A DNA stretch of 62,949 nt, counting the filler. It is 7 parts of 7 records of this genome, joined end to end, with 100 filler letters (N's around TTAATTAATTAA, not from the genome) between each part and the next. Parts side by side here need not be neighbours in the genome. Positions count along the whole stretch, not along the records: positions 32,475 to 40,223 come from SRR31156797_17135; positions 40,324 to 45,778 come from SRR31156797_17136; positions 45,879 to 57,748 come from SRR31156797_17151; 4 more parts are not named here. One strand, written 5' to 3'. This document shows, piece after piece, positions 37,790-48,741 of the stretch. The translations under genes were made by a program, and so were the position numbers. The notes under the pieces are model-generated. The model was not told where the DNA came from. It searched no databases and was given only the letters and a program-made list of their open reading frames with translations. How positions within the stretch are numbered: position 1 is the stretch's first letter; every line of letters begins with the position of its first letter.

Positions 37790-38974
37790 TTATTTATTTA
37801 AACTTTTTCTAACTTCTTCAAATGCATTTAAAGCAAAATCTAAATCTTCTTTAGTATGTAAAGCTGAGATTTGTGTTCTGATACGTGCTTTTCCTTTTGG
37901 AACAACAGGATAATAGAATCCTATTACATATACTCCTTTTTCAAGCATCTTTTCAGCCATCTCCTGAGCAAGTCTTGCATCACCAAGCATAATAGGAACT
38001 ATCGGATGATCTCCGTCCTGAACATCAAAACCTCTCTTTTTAAGCCCGTCTCTAAAATATTTAGTATTCTCCTCTAACCTGTCTCTTAACTCTGTAGAAT
38101 CAGTTAATATATCCAAAACTTTTAGCGTCGTAGAAACAATTGCAGGAGCTAAACTATTTGAGAATAGATACGGTCTTGATCTTTGTCTCAACAGATCTAC
38201 TATCTCTTTTCTTGCGCTGGTATAACCACCACTTGCACCACCGAGAGCTTTACCAAAAGTACCTGTGATTATATCAACTCTCTCCATTACATCTCTATAT
38301 TCATGAGTTCCTCTACCTTTTTTACCAACAAATCCCACTGCATGACTGTCATCCACCATAACTAAAGCACCATATTTATCAGCTAAGTCACATATTCCCT
38401 TAAGATCGGCAATAGTTCCATCCATCGAGAATACTCCGTCAGTAGCAATCAGTTTTATTCTCGCTCCCTCTGCTTCTTTTAGTTTTGCTTCCAAATCTTC
38501 CATATTATTATTTTTATATCTGAATCTTTTAGCTTTGCACAGTCTGATTCCATCTATAATACTAGCATGATTCAGCTCATCACTAATAACAGCATCCTCC
38601 GCTGTAAGGATAGTTTCGAATAAACCACCATTAGCGTCATAACATGATGAATATAAAATAGTATCTTCCATTCCTAGGAATTCAGACATTTTATTTTCTA
38701 AGTCTTTGTGAATAGCCTGAGTTCCACAGATAAATCTAACTGATGATAAACCATAACCCCAATTAGCATAACTCTCTGAGGCAGTCTTAACAACTTCAGG
38801 ATGATTAGATAAACCCAAATAATTATTTGCACACATATTTAGGACATTATCCAAATTAGTAGTACTAATATTGCTTTTTTGAGCTGAAGTAATGATTCTT
38901 TCCTCTTTCCATAATCCGCTTTCTTTTATCTCATTTAAACTATTTTGATAAATCTCTTTTGTATCTTTATACAT
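37790..38974 (-). CDS. kbl: Glycine C-acetyltransferase (2-amino-3-ketobutyrate CoA ligase)
   Basis: [61 protein letters not shown]. Confidence 0.97.
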   Translation of the reverse strand: MYKDTKEIYQNSLNEIKESGLWKEERIITSAQKSNISTTNLDNVLNMCANNYLGLSNHPEVVKTASESYANWGYGLSSVRFICGTQAIHKDLENKMSEFLGMEDTILYSSCYDANGGLFETILTAEDAVISDELNHASIIDGIRLCKAKRFRYKNNNMEDLEAKLKEAEGARIKLIATDGVFSMDGTIADLKGICDLADKYGALVMVDDSHAVGFVGKKGRGTHEYRDVMERVDIITGTFGKALGGASGGYTSARKEIVDLLRQRSRPYLFSNSLAPAIVSTTLKVLDILTDSTELRDRLEENTKYFRDGLKKRGFDVQDGDHPIVPIMLGDARLAQEMAEKMLEKGVYVIGFYYPVVPKGKARIRTQISALHTKEDLDFALNAFEEVRKSLNK

Positions 38975-38975
38975 A

Positions 38976-40022
38976 TTACTCCTCCTCTATCCAATTTAAT
39001 ACTACTTTACCTGATTTACCTGAATTCATTGCCTCAAAACCTTTTTCAAACTCTGTATAATGATATCTATGAGTTATAATTGGCGTAATATCAAGGCCAG
39101 TTTGAATTAAGCTGGTCATTTTATACCAAGTTTCATACATCTCTCTACCATAGATTCCCTTTATAGTAATACCATTAAAAACTACTTTATTCCAATCAAT
39201 AGTTGTTTCTTTAGCTTGAATACCTAACATAGCTATTTTACCACCATGAAACATATTATTTAACATAGTGTTAAATGCACTTGCATTACCTGACATCTCA
39301 AGCCCTACATCAAATCCCTCTTTCATACCAAGTCTTTTCATGCAAGCTTCCACGCTATCTTTTGTTATATTTATTACTTCAGTTGCTCCCATCTTCTTCG
39401 CCAGTTCAAGTCTGTAATCATTCACATCAGTTACAACTATATGTCTGGCTCCAGCATGTCTTGCAACTGCAGTTGCCATCATTCCAATAGGACCGGCACC
39501 TGTTATAAGTACATCTTCACCAAGTACATCAAATGCAAGCGCAGTATGAACAGCATTACCTAGCGGATCAAAGCAGCTAATAACTTCTTCAGAAATAGTC
39601 GAGTCACAATACCAAACATTCGTAACTGGGATAGCCAAATATTCCGCATAAGCACCGGTTCTATTTACTCCTACACCACTGGTATTCATACATAAATGTC
39701 GTCTACCGGCAAGGCAGTTTCTACATCTACCGCAAACCAGATGTCCTTCACCTGATACAATATCTCCAATTTTAAAATCATGAACATTGGAACCCATATC
39801 AACAATTTCACCAACAAATTCATGACCAATAGTCATAGGAACAGGAATAGTCACCTGTGACCATTCATCCCAATTATAGATATGTACATCTGTTCCGCAA
39901 ATAGAAGTTTTATGAATTTTAATTAATACATCATTTATACCTATTTGGGGAATTTCAACTTCCTCTAACCACAGTCCTTTTTCAGGATATTTTTTAACAA
40001 GAGCTTTCATCGTTTTTTTCAT
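38976..40022 (-). CDS. tdh: L-threonine 3-dehydrogenase
   Basis: [56 protein letters not shown]. Adjacent to kbl. Confidence 0.97.
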   Translation of the reverse strand: MKKTMKALVKKYPEKGLWLEEVEIPQIGINDVLIKIHKTSICGTDVHIYNWDEWSQVTIPVPMTIGHEFVGEIVDMGSNVHDFKIGDIVSGEGHLVCGRCRNCLAGRRHLCMNTSGVGVNRTGAYAEYLAIPVTNVWYCDSTISEEVISCFDPLGNAVHTALAFDVLGEDVLITGAGPIGMMATAVARHAGARHIVVTDVNDYRLELAKKMGATEVINITKDSVEACMKRLGMKEGFDVGLEMSGNASAFNTMLNNMFHGGKIAMLGIQAKETTIDWNKVVFNGITIKGIYGREMYETWYKMTSLIQTGLDITPIITHRYHYTEFEKGFEAMNSGKSGKVVLNWIEEE

Positions 40023-40092
40023 AAATATACTCCTTAGTACTAAAATAATAATATTTTCATTCGATAAATAATAAATTTATGTTACTAATATG

Positions 40093-40121
40093 AGTATAGC
40101 ACTTGTATTTAAATTTGTCCA
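40093..40121 (-). promoter_or_regulatory. Candidate sigma70 promoter for tdh-kbl (TGGACA-17-TATACT, TG extended -10)
   Basis: Read on the minus strand about 70 bp upstream of tdh. Confidence 0.55.
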
Positions 40122-40223
40122 TTTTTTTGTTATTTTTATTTAAAAAATATTGTTTTTATGTACAGGCATGAATTTAATGGTTAGAATAGAAATCTTGCCT
40201 GCGCGGCAAACTGCGCGAACCTT

Positions 40224-40323
40224 NNNNNNNNNNNNNNNNNNNNNNNNNNNNNNNNNNNNNNNNNNNNTTAATTAATTAANNNNNNNNNNNNNNNNNNNNN
40301 NNNNNNNNNNNNNNNNNNNNNNN
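40224..40323. other. Artificial contig linker
   Basis: N44-TTAATTAATTAA-N44. Confidence 0.98.
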
Positions 40324-41657
40324 AAAGGTTGTCTCCATTGGTGAGCGATATTTCCAAGCATTTCCCCCATTGCAGCAAGTTTTGATTGTTGATTTAACAA
40401 AGAGTCTTTTTGTCTAAGGGTATTTACTTGTTGTTTTACTTTTTGCTCTAACTCTTCATTTAGTTTATGAAGTTTATTATTGCTATCTTCTAGGCTTTTT
40501 GAATAGTATTGGAAAATATTTTTTAATCTTCTTGATAGTATAAGTATAATTGCAATAATTAATATAGTAACTAGTAGTGAAGCTAAAACTATAGTGGAAA
40601 TATCATCTTGTAAATTTTTATCTAGTAATTCTTGTTTTCTTTTTATCTCTTTATTTAAATTATCGTTATAAAGCCCAGTTCCTATTACCCAATCTAAAAT
40701 AGGTACATGCTTAACATAAGATATTTTTTTAGAAGGTAAATGACCTTTAAAGAGTTTTTCTGATTGTTGGTACTCTATAAACGAGGTTTTGTTTTTTATT
40801 GCTTTATTTACTATTGAAGATACATTTTTTTGTATTTTTTCATCTAATTTACTAAGGGGCACACCTATAATTTCTTTATTTTTATGAAGAATAGAAGTTC
40901 CCTTTGAGTCCATAATAAAAATGTATGAGTCATCGGGGTATTTTAGTTTACTTAAAAAAGCTATTGAGTTTTTAGAGATGTCTTTTTTGATATCTTCTGT
41001 ATATAAAGCACTACCAATAACGATATCTAAAGGCTCAAATAGTTTTAAAAAGCCAATTTTTTCCTCTTTTATCTTTGAGTCTGGTCTAGTCCAGTGCCAA
41101 GAGGTAAAGCCTTCTTTTTTATTGTTTTTAAATACATTTTCAAAGCTTTCATAAAAGTTTAATCCATTTATATCTTTTACATTTTTAATTGAATTTCCTA
41201 CGTGAGAAGGTGTTCCTGCATTTGAAATAACTTTTGCACTTTTTCTATCATAAATAAAAAAGTAACCATCATTATTGTCAAAAAATCTTAATTTTCCCAT
41301 TCTTTCATCTAAGAAAGAGAATAACTCTTCTTTTGGAAGGTGGGAGTGATTTTTATACATAAGGTTTAAGTGTTGGTACCCGAGGTTTACAATATCTTTT
41401 ATAGAGTGTTTAGATCTTTGTATTTCATTTTCATAGTTTTCATTTAAAAGAAGAGTTAAATTATCTATTTTTTCTTTTATAGAGTTTTTTAGCTCTATAG
41501 TATGAGTCTGTTTTAGTTTATCAATTTCATTATTATGAACTTCATATCTAGAAGAGACAAAAATATTTGTAAGAATAAAGGATGTAAGTATAACTCCAAT
41601 AATTGGAAGAAGAACAATCCATTTTATGATTTTTATTTCATCGGTTAATTTACTCAT
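40324..41657 (-). CDS. Sensor histidine kinase with tandem Cache_2-type domains (3'-truncated)
   Basis: TM, GYFFIYD...KIGFLKLFEPLDIVIGS and YIFIMD...WVIGTGLY, TM, QQSKLAAMGEMLGNIAHQWRQP (Campylobacterota-type H-box). Confidence 0.9.
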
Positions 41658-41700
41658 AATAAATTATTATAGCATAAAGCTATAATAATTAAGGGTTTTA

Positions 41701-42885
41701 TTAAATAATTTTAGAATATATTTCTAAAAGTTCAATTTGTTTTTGTAGCTCTAGAATTTGTACTTCTAGGGATTTGATTTTTTGAGAGTTTGCTAAAGTA
41801 TCAACATCACTTTGCGTTTTTAGTTGAGCATTCTTTTCTTCAACAATAATTTTTAATAAAGAGTCATAAAGTTTATAATCCTCTTTTGCTATCTCTTTTT
41901 TTCTTTCAATCATATCTATTTTAGAAAGCTTTGTTTTATAGAAATTTTGTTCTTCTAAAATTATATTATTTAGATTTAATTTTGATTTTAAATATTCGAT
42001 TCTTTGTGCTTCTACATCATTTAATGCTCTTACATCAAGTGGCATAGAAACAGAAACTCCATAATTAGTTGTTGTTTCATCATTGATTGAAGGGTTTTCA
42101 TCTGTATCATGGTAATGGCTATAATCCATACTTACACTAAAAGTAGGCAAGTATTGAGACATAGACATTGATGCTAAATAATCTTTTTGTTTTACGTCAA
42201 CTCTTGCTTTTGCTAACTCTAAAGAGTTTTCTAAAAAGTTTTCTTTATCTGTAAGAGTTAACTTTGGTAACTCAAACTTTTTATACTCTTTACTTGCTAG
42301 ACTATTAAAGTTGTTTTCTAACTCATTTTTTTGAAAGTATAAATCTGCAAGGGCATTTTTAACACTGTTCGCATCTAAAATGGCATTGTCTAAATAAGAA
42401 GTATCTAAAAAGCCATTAAATACTTGCTCTTTTTTTCTTTGGATATCTATGTTTGCATTTTTTAATAAAAACTCATTTTTTTTGATATTTAAATCTATAA
42501 TATGAAGATTAAAAAGTAAAGTAGTTACTTGTTTTATTAACTCTTTTCTTTGAGTTTCAATATCCAAGTCATTATATTTGAAGTTTACATTTGCATATTT
42601 TATTGCACTATAGATACCACCACTTTTGAAAATGGGTTGATTTATAGATATCATACTTCTTGCTGTATCGTAAGTCTCAGTATAATCTTTTTTATAACTC
42701 AAAGTAACTGGATTAATCCAGTCTTTTCTTAACTTTGAGCTATTTTCTTCATTTTGCTTTTTAGAAAAATCAATAATATCTAATCTGTCTTGCGAAAGAA
42801 TTTTCTCATCTACTTCTTGGGCAAAAGAACTAGATAGAAAAATAGTTGAAACAAAAAATAGACTAGCTAACTTTTGAAATTGCAT
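41701..42885 (-). CDS. TolC/OEP-family outer-membrane efflux protein
   Basis: Signal peptide, INQPIFKSGGI, YLPTFSV...GVSVSMPL, helical coiled segments. Start overlaps the argD end. Confidence 0.8.
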   Translation of the reverse strand: MQFQKLASLFFVSTIFLSSSFAQEVDEKILSQDRLDIIDFSKKQNEENSSKLRKDWINPVTLSYKKDYTETYDTARSMISINQPIFKSGGIYSAIKYANVNFKYNDLDIETQRKELIKQVTTLLFNLHIIDLNIKKNEFLLKNANIDIQRKKEQVFNGFLDTSYLDNAILDANSVKNALADLYFQKNELENNFNSLASKEYKKFELPKLTLTDKENFLENSLELAKARVDVKQKDYLASMSMSQYLPTFSVSMDYSHYHDTDENPSINDETTTNYGVSVSMPLDVRALNDVEAQRIEYLKSKLNLNNIILEEQNFYKTKLSKIDMIERKKEIAKEDYKLYDSLLKIIVEEKNAQLKTQSDVDTLANSQKIKSLEVQILELQKQIELLEIYSKII

Positions 42886-44047
42886 CATCTAACCTTTTAA
42901 ATCCTTCATCAATCTCTTTTTTAGATATTGTTAATGGAGGTAAAAGTCTTAAAGTGTTTTTTCCAGCTCTTAAAACTAAAACACCTTCTTCAAAGGCATT
43001 TTTTATAATAGCTGCAAGAGAGTCTGCATCTTTTATTCTAATACCTTTCATTAATCCAACACCAACTTTTTCTTGTAATAAGCTAGCATGTTTTTCTACA
43101 AGTTCATTTATTTTATTATCAAAGTATATAATAATCTCATCTAATGTTCCTGCATTTTTATACTCATCTAAAATATCAACAACTTTTCCTGCAGCAGCTG
43201 TACTTAAGTAGTTTCCTCCAAAAGTAGAACCATGGTCACCGTATGTAAATAAATCTTTATGTTTAGTTACCACTGCTCCAATAGGAACTCCACCACCAAG
43301 ACCTTTTGCTAAAGTAATAATATCAGGTTCTATTTCATATAGGTTTGAAGCTAAGAATTCACCTGTTCTATATACTCCTGATTGAACTTCATCAATAATA
43401 AGTAAAATACCTTGTTCTTTTAAAAACTTTGCAAGTTCTTGAATATCTTTTTTATCAAAGGGTTGAACTCCACCTTCACCTTGAACTAGCTCAATCATAA
43501 CTGCAGCAGTTTCATCATCAATTGAGTTATAAATATCATCAATTCTTGCATCATATTTAAAACCATCTGGATATGGTGCGAAGTTTGGTGAGTGCATAGA
43601 AGCTTGACCAGTTGCTTTAACTGTAGTTATTGTTCTTCCATGGAATGAGTGCTCTAACGTGATTACTTTATATCTTTTTTTATCAAACTTAGTTTCACCA
43701 TATTTTCTAGCTAGTTTAATAGCACCTTCATTTGCTTCTGCTCCTGAGTTTGCAAAGAATGTAGCCACATCCATCTCTGAAAGTTTTGCAATTTTTTCAG
43801 CAAGTTTTGCTTGTGGTTCAATTGCATAAAGGTTTGAAATATGAATAATATTATTAGCTTGTTTACAAATCTCATCGGCAACTTCTTTATTTCCATGACC
43901 AACTGAAACAACTCCAATTCCAGAAGTAAAATCAATATAGTCTTTATCTGTTTCATCAAAAAGTGTTGCATTAATACCTTTTTTAAAGTTTACATAATTT
44001 CTTGCATATGTTTGAAGTACAAACTGTTTATCTAGTGTTTCTAACAT
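42863..44047 (-). CDS. argD: Acetylornithine aminotransferase
   Basis: YIDFTSGIGV, NSGAEANEGAIK, SFHGRT, ELVQGEGGV, DEVQSG, TLAKGLGGG, HGSTFGGN, LRLLPPL. Confidence 0.93.
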   Translation of the reverse strand: MLETLDKQFVLQTYARNYVNFKKGINATLFDETDKDYIDFTSGIGVVSVGHGNKEVADEICKQANNIIHISNLYAIEPQAKLAEKIAKLSEMDVATFFANSGAEANEGAIKLARKYGETKFDKKRYKVITLEHSFHGRTITTVKATGQASMHSPNFAPYPDGFKYDARIDDIYNSIDDETAAVMIELVQGEGGVQPFDKKDIQELAKFLKEQGILLIIDEVQSGVYRTGEFLASNLYEIEPDIITLAKGLGGGVPIGAVVTKHKDLFTYGDHGSTFGGNYLSTAAAGKVVDILDEYKNAGTLDEIIIYFDNKINELVEKHASLLQEKVGVGLMKGIRIKDADSLAAIIKNAFEEGVLVLRAGKNTLRLLPPLTISKKEIDEGFKRLDDAISKVS

Positions 44048-44097
44048 TTTTTTCCCTAAAAATTATAATATATAAAAAAGATTATATCTAATTAATA

Positions 44098-45777
44098 TTA
44101 ACGAAAGTTATCAATAGCTTTTTGGTAGTATCGATTTAAGTCAAAAAGCCCAAATTGTAATTCATCTTGCTTTTTAAATTCATTTGTAAACCAATCATAT
44201 TCATCCCAAAAATTAGGATTAGCTCTATTTATTATATATTTTAATATTAACTCTTTTTGCTCATTTGTTCCTTGATAATCATAGATTAAGTGGAAAAATT
44301 CATTTAAATCTTTTTGTTTTACTTTTACAAAGATATTTGGATAAGAACCAATAAAACCTTCAATAAAATTGATTCTATCTTTTTTAGGATTCAACCTTGA
44401 GTCCTCATCGAACATAAGTGCAACATTATCATGCCATCTATTTATAACCATAGTATAAATTAAGTTTTCACCATTTTCAAGCTCTATTCTTATATAAGCT
44501 AAGTTGGTTTTATCATCTGTATGGTATTGAATAAATTTAGAATTATTTGGAAGAGTTAATGTCTTAAAAGTTTGTTCTATTTGTTCTTTATTTTCATACT
44601 CTTTTAAGATCTTCACTGGAATATACTCTTTATCTATAAAGTTAATTGGATCTTTTTTTATATCTAAATATGAGAATAGTTTATCTGTAAACTCTTCTTT
44701 GTAGTCATTTGTTTGGTAATCTATATTTGGTTCACTATTTGAAGGAACATAAAGTGATAATCTTTTTGCTAACCAACCTTTATACCAAGAGTTGAAGTAC
44801 TCTTTTCTTGAATCCTTTGGTAAAAACTCTAAAAAGTTTGTTTCTCCTTCTATTCTAAGTCTATCCATATGTTTTCTAACTAAAAACTGGTGAGAAGTAC
44901 TTCCAAAAACATCAAAACCAGCAACAAGTGAATAATAAAGTCTTTCAATTAAAGGAAAATCTATAACCCACATAGTTTTAGGAATATCTCCTAGAGCTCC
45001 TTTATGAACTGATGCAGAATCAAAATGTCTATAAATAGTTAGTATTGAATCATTTTTATTATCATTATACTCATTGCCTTTCCAAAGCTCTTTTAATCCA
45101 AGACCTTGGGGATAATATTTACTATAAATTTTATTTCTATTTTCAAAATATATTTTTGCTTGTTGATAGTTTTTTATAATTGTAAAGGTTTCTAATAAAT
45201 CAGGAGTTGCTCCATATTTATTTGGAATAGAAAGGTTCTTTAGGTTTTCATCTAAATAGTTTTTATCTTTTACTGAAACATCTGCTTCGGGGTCAATAAA
45301 CATTACCCAGAAGTGGTCATTGATTACATTTAGTGCAATTTGACCTTTACAAACAGGACCTCTAATATATGTCATTATAAAGTAGTGAATATTATCAAGT
45401 AAGAATTTATACCTACTTTTTGCAGGAATTTGTTTAAAAGTTTTAAGTGCATTTGCAGAAACTTTAGTATCAAAAGCAGGCATATGTGGCTTTTCTAGCC
45501 AAGCAGTATTTATAAATAGTTCTTTGTAAGTTTTTAATCTTTTATCATCTAATGTATAAACCATATGTGTTTTATGAACAATAGTTGAGGTAATAGGTTG
45601 AATTCTATAATAAAATTTCTCTTCTATTTTACTGTATGGAAACCTTGTAGGAATAATATCAATTTCACCTGTTTTAGTTCTTGACCTTACTAGTTGAAAA
45701 AAGTTTTTACTACTATTATCAAAACTAAGATGTGCTAAAAATAAGTGTTCATAGATATATCTAGCAGTAACTTGGTA
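44098..45777 (-). CDS. cti: Fatty acid cis/trans isomerase (5'-truncated)
   Basis: Frame open to the contig edge (YQVTARYIYEHLFLAH...), RGPVCKGQIALNVI, RHFDSASVHKG, ERLYYSLVAGFDVFG, LRIEGE, GSYPN, DLNRY. Confidence 0.9.
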   Translation of the reverse strand, partial: YQVTARYIYEHLFLAHLSFDNSSKNFFQLVRSRTKTGEIDIIPTRFPYSKIEEKFYYRIQPITSTIVHKTHMVYTLDDKRLKTYKELFINTAWLEKPHMPAFDTKVSANALKTFKQIPAKSRYKFLLDNIHYFIMTYIRGPVCKGQIALNVINDHFWVMFIDPEADVSVKDKNYLDENLKNLSIPNKYGATPDLLETFTIIKNYQQAKIYFENRNKIYSKYYPQGLGLKELWKGNEYNDNKNDSILTIYRHFDSASVHKGALGDIPKTMWVIDFPLIERLYYSLVAGFDVFGSTSHQFLVRKHMDRLRIEGETNFLEFLPKDSRKEYFNSWYKGWLAKRLSLYVPSNSEPNIDYQTNDYKEEFTDKLFSYLDIKKDPINFIDKEYIPVKILKEYENKEQIEQTFKTLTLPNNSKFIQYHTDDKTNLAYIRIELENGENLIYTMVINRWHDNVALMFDEDSRLNPKKDRINFIEGFIGSYPNIFVKVKQKDLNEFFHLIYDYQGTNEQKELILKYIINRANPNFWDEYDWFTNEFKKQDELQFGLFDLNRYYQKAIDNFR

Positions 45778-45778
45778 T

Positions 45779-45878
45779 NNNNNNNNNNNNNNNNNNNNNN
45801 NNNNNNNNNNNNNNNNNNNNNNTTAATTAATTAANNNNNNNNNNNNNNNNNNNNNNNNNNNNNNNNNNNNNNNNNNNN
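45779..45878. other. Artificial contig linker
   Basis: N44-TTAATTAATTAA-N44. Confidence 0.98.
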
Positions 45879-46051
45879 TGGGAAGAAGGCGCTTGTGCTG
45901 GTTTTACCAGTAATGGAGTTAAATTACCACCGCCAAGTTTTACGTTTTGATTAGAAAAGTTGTAATATTGTAAAACGTAAAAGTTGGCTCAGTGCAGTTT
46001 TGAAGGTTTGTACAAGCAAATCTTCCTCCCACTAGCCCAAACGTTAGCTGC
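45879..46051 (+). repeat. attC-like long imperfect palindrome (5' end cut), ending in core-like GTTAGCTGC
   Basis: Nested arms GGGAAGAAG/CTTCCTCCC, GCTTGTGC/GTACAAGC and GCCAAGTTTTACGTTTT (45932-45948)/AAAACGTAAAAGTTGGC (45972-45988), then AAAC-GTTAGCTGC at 46043-46051. Confidence 0.6.
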
Positions 46052-46364
46052 AAGTGTAAAGAAGAAACTGCACCATTGAAACCTGAATATAAAATTTGAA
46101 AAACCGTATAGAAAATATAGGCACATTGATTGAAAGTTGGTTAAAGAAAGAATTAGTTTTTACTCACTATGATATTAATTTTATAGTTGTTTGTGATTTT
46201 CAATTACAAATCGCACATGCCGACGCACAAACCAAAATTTGCAAAAAAAAGTGCCACCGACCGAAGTTAGGTTACAATCACCTTTATTCAAAAATTCAAA
46301 TAGTGAGTAATTTTTACCAACGCACAAGCTTCAAAACTGAAACTTAATCTGTATTTTTGAAAAT

Positions 46365-47387
46365 ATGAATTATCTAAAAAAAAATATTAATAATTGGAAA
46401 ATCGGAGTTGCATTTTCAGCTTTGTTACCCTTATTTGGGGTTTTAAGCCAATCTGAAAATAAAATGAACCTTGCTATGCAAAGCTTTCTATTAGTTTGGC
46501 TAGGTTCGTTCTTATTTTTAATAATTGCATGGTTCTTAAATTCAAAGCTCGCTTCTTTGTTCCTTAGTTCACCTAAGAAATGGAATTTAGCCAGTAAAAT
46601 CCTTATTATTTCACTTTCCAATGGCCTTCTGCTATCTCTATTAATCTTTCTTAATTCTGTAGGAGGTGAAAGTGTTAACAATAACAGGGAAATCAATTTT
46701 GTTGTAATGTTCTTCAGAGGAGGTGTTGCCGTTGCAATGATTTATCTAATTCAATTTATATTGAATCTAAATGCCCGAAATCAATCTGTTTCAATGCAAA
46801 ACCAAATGCTAAAAACCGAAAATATTCGTGCGCAATTTGAGATACTAAAACAACAAATAAGCCCTCACTTTTTATTTAATTCTCTTTCCACATTGCGCTC
46901 TATGATACGCTCTTCAAATAAAAATGCGGAGAACTTTGTCATTAAGTTGTCGGATATCTACAGGCTATTGTTGCTCAATAAAGAAAAAGACACTGTTTCA
47001 CTTAAAGATGAGCTTGAACTAATTGATGATTATTCATTTTTGTTATTTGCCAGGTACGAGAACATGTTAACTATTAATATTGATATTCCTGAAAAAATAT
47101 TGAATTACAATATTCCGACCTTTTCTTTACAATTGCTATTAGAAAATTGCGTTAAGCATAATATTGTTTCGAAAGAAAAACCTTTACATGTTAAAATCTA
47201 TGATTCGGGCATTAATAGCATAACAGTCGAGAATAATTTGCAGCAAAAAACACTAGCAGATAATGATTCTGGATTAGGTTTGAAAAACCTGACTAAACGA
47301 TATAATTTATTAGGGGTTCCCGAAGGGGTTAAGATTTTTTCAGATGAATCAGTTTTTCGTGTAAAAATTAAATTACTTGGGCAATGA
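46365..47387 (+). CDS. LytS-type membrane histidine kinase
   Basis: Four TM segments, LKQQISPHFLFNSL, LQLLLENCVKHN, SGLGLKNL. Confidence 0.92.
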   Translation: MNYLKKNINNWKIGVAFSALLPLFGVLSQSENKMNLAMQSFLLVWLGSFLFLIIAWFLNSKLASLFLSSPKKWNLASKILIISLSNGLLLSLLIFLNSVGGESVNNNREINFVVMFFRGGVAVAMIYLIQFILNLNARNQSVSMQNQMLKTENIRAQFEILKQQISPHFLFNSLSTLRSMIRSSNKNAENFVIKLSDIYRLLLLNKEKDTVSLKDELELIDDYSFLLFARYENMLTINIDIPEKILNYNIPTFSLQLLLENCVKHNIVSKEKPLHVKIYDSGINSITVENNLQQKTLADNDSGLGLKNLTKRYNLLGVPEGVKIFSDESVFRVKIKLLGQ

Positions 47388-48148
47388 ATATTTTAATTAT
47401 AGAAGATGAGCCGCATACCGCACAAATATTAAGTGAAATAATAGTGCAAGTTCGTCCTGATTCAATTATTCTAGAAACTTTAGAAAGTATTGAGCAATCT
47501 GTAAAGTATCTTTCTTACGATAAAAACCTGCCCGATTTAATTTTCTCAGACATTCAGCTGGCTGATGGACTTAGTTTTGAAATATTTTCAAAAATACAAC
47601 TGAAATGTCCAATTATATTCTGTACCGCTTTTGACCAGTACACTTTGCAAGCATTTAAAACCAATGGCATTGAATATGTCTTAAAACCTGTAAAGGAAGA
47701 AGATGTGGAATTAGCCTTTACAAAATACGAAACACTGAAAGAATCTTTAAAGCCAGACACAGAAATTATAAACCTGCTAAAAAATACGTTTCAAAAGAAA
47801 GAAAACTATAAAAATTCAATATTAGTTCATGTTAAGGAAAGCTTCATTCCTATTGAAGTGAGTAAAATTGCATTTTTTATTGTTGATACCGAAATTCTTT
47901 ACATCCATACATTCGATAACAAACGTTATCCTGTTTTTAAAGCCATATCTGAAATTGAGGCTTCTCTTGACCCAACAATATTCTTTAGAATTAACAGACA
48001 GGTTCTACTTAGTAAAAAAGCCATTAAAGAAATTCAACCCTACTTTAATCGAAAAGTTATTGTTAAAACGGATTTAAAAATCGAAGAACAACTCATTGTA
48101 AGTCGGTTAAAAGTAACCGAATTTATGAACTGGATAGAACAATCCTAA
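47384..48148 (+). CDS. LytTR-family response regulator
   Basis: IIEDE, SDIQLADGLSF, CTAFDQY, YVLKP, FFRINRQ, VSRLK. Confidence 0.95.
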   Translation: MNILIIEDEPHTAQILSEIIVQVRPDSIILETLESIEQSVKYLSYDKNLPDLIFSDIQLADGLSFEIFSKIQLKCPIIFCTAFDQYTLQAFKTNGIEYVLKPVKEEDVELAFTKYETLKESLKPDTEIINLLKNTFQKKENYKNSILVHVKESFIPIEVSKIAFFIVDTEILYIHTFDNKRYPVFKAISEIEASLDPTIFFRINRQVLLSKKAIKEIQPYFNRKVIVKTDLKIEEQLIVSRLKVTEFMNWIEQS

Positions 48149-48151
48149 ACC

Positions 48152-48184
48152 TGTTCAATTCACCATCCAATTTGTTCAATTCAC
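48152..48184 (+). promoter_or_regulatory. LytTR-type direct repeat TGTTCAATTCAC x2, 21-bp period
   Basis: Identical 12-mers at 48152 and 48173, upstream of the efflux operon. Confidence 0.75.
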
Positions 48185-48249
48185 TTACTTATTGATTTTA
48201 TATCAAGAGTTCTGTATTCATATTTGCATTGAATCAAAATGCATAAAAT

Positions 48250-48738
48250 ATGAAAAAAAGTATTTGTTTAAAATCAATGGTTATTACCATGATTCTTTAC
48301 CTTTCATTATTAGAAGTAAATGCACAGCCTGGTAATATGAATCCACCTGACTTTAATGCAGAAAAAGCTGCAGGTATCTTTAAGTACGATATTGAAAAGG
48401 TGATAAAAAAATTGAAAATCATTGATGATTCTTTAATTGCTAAAGTAACTGAAAGTTTGAACGATTACAACAGTAAAATGAATTCATTGTCCCTATTACA
48501 CTCTACAACATTTCAAGAATTAGAAGCTGATTTCGATAAAAACGTTCAGATTGCCATGAGTAATAGAGATAGGAGTCAAATGGATGGTGTCAAAGCAAAA
48601 ATTCAACGCATTATTCCACCTATTAGAAAGCAAGTGCAGGAATACGAAGAATTGCTTAACAGTAAAATGTCAAATTATCTTACAGAGTCTCAAAATAAAA
48701 AATGGTTGAAATACCAAAACGGTAAAAAAGCTAATTAA
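48250..48738 (+). CDS. Secreted helical protein (Spy/LTXXQ-like)
   Basis: Signal peptide ending VNA-Q, helical body, C-terminal YLTESQNKKW. Confidence 0.65.
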   Translation: MKKSICLKSMVITMILYLSLLEVNAQPGNMNPPDFNAEKAAGIFKYDIEKVIKKLKIIDDSLIAKVTESLNDYNSKMNSLSLLHSTTFQELEADFDKNVQIAMSNRDRSQMDGVKAKIQRIIPPIRKQVQEYEELLNSKMSNYLTESQNKKWLKYQNGKKAN

Positions 48739-48741
48739 GAC

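Noticed and set aside
40195-40223. GC-rich tract at the end of segment 4 as an IS end or REP
   Set aside because: It is cut by the contig edge, with too little sequence and no transposase.
46096-46347. 83-aa ORF upstream of the LytS kinase
   Set aside because: TTG start, no recognisable motif, and it overlaps the non-coding repeat-like element.
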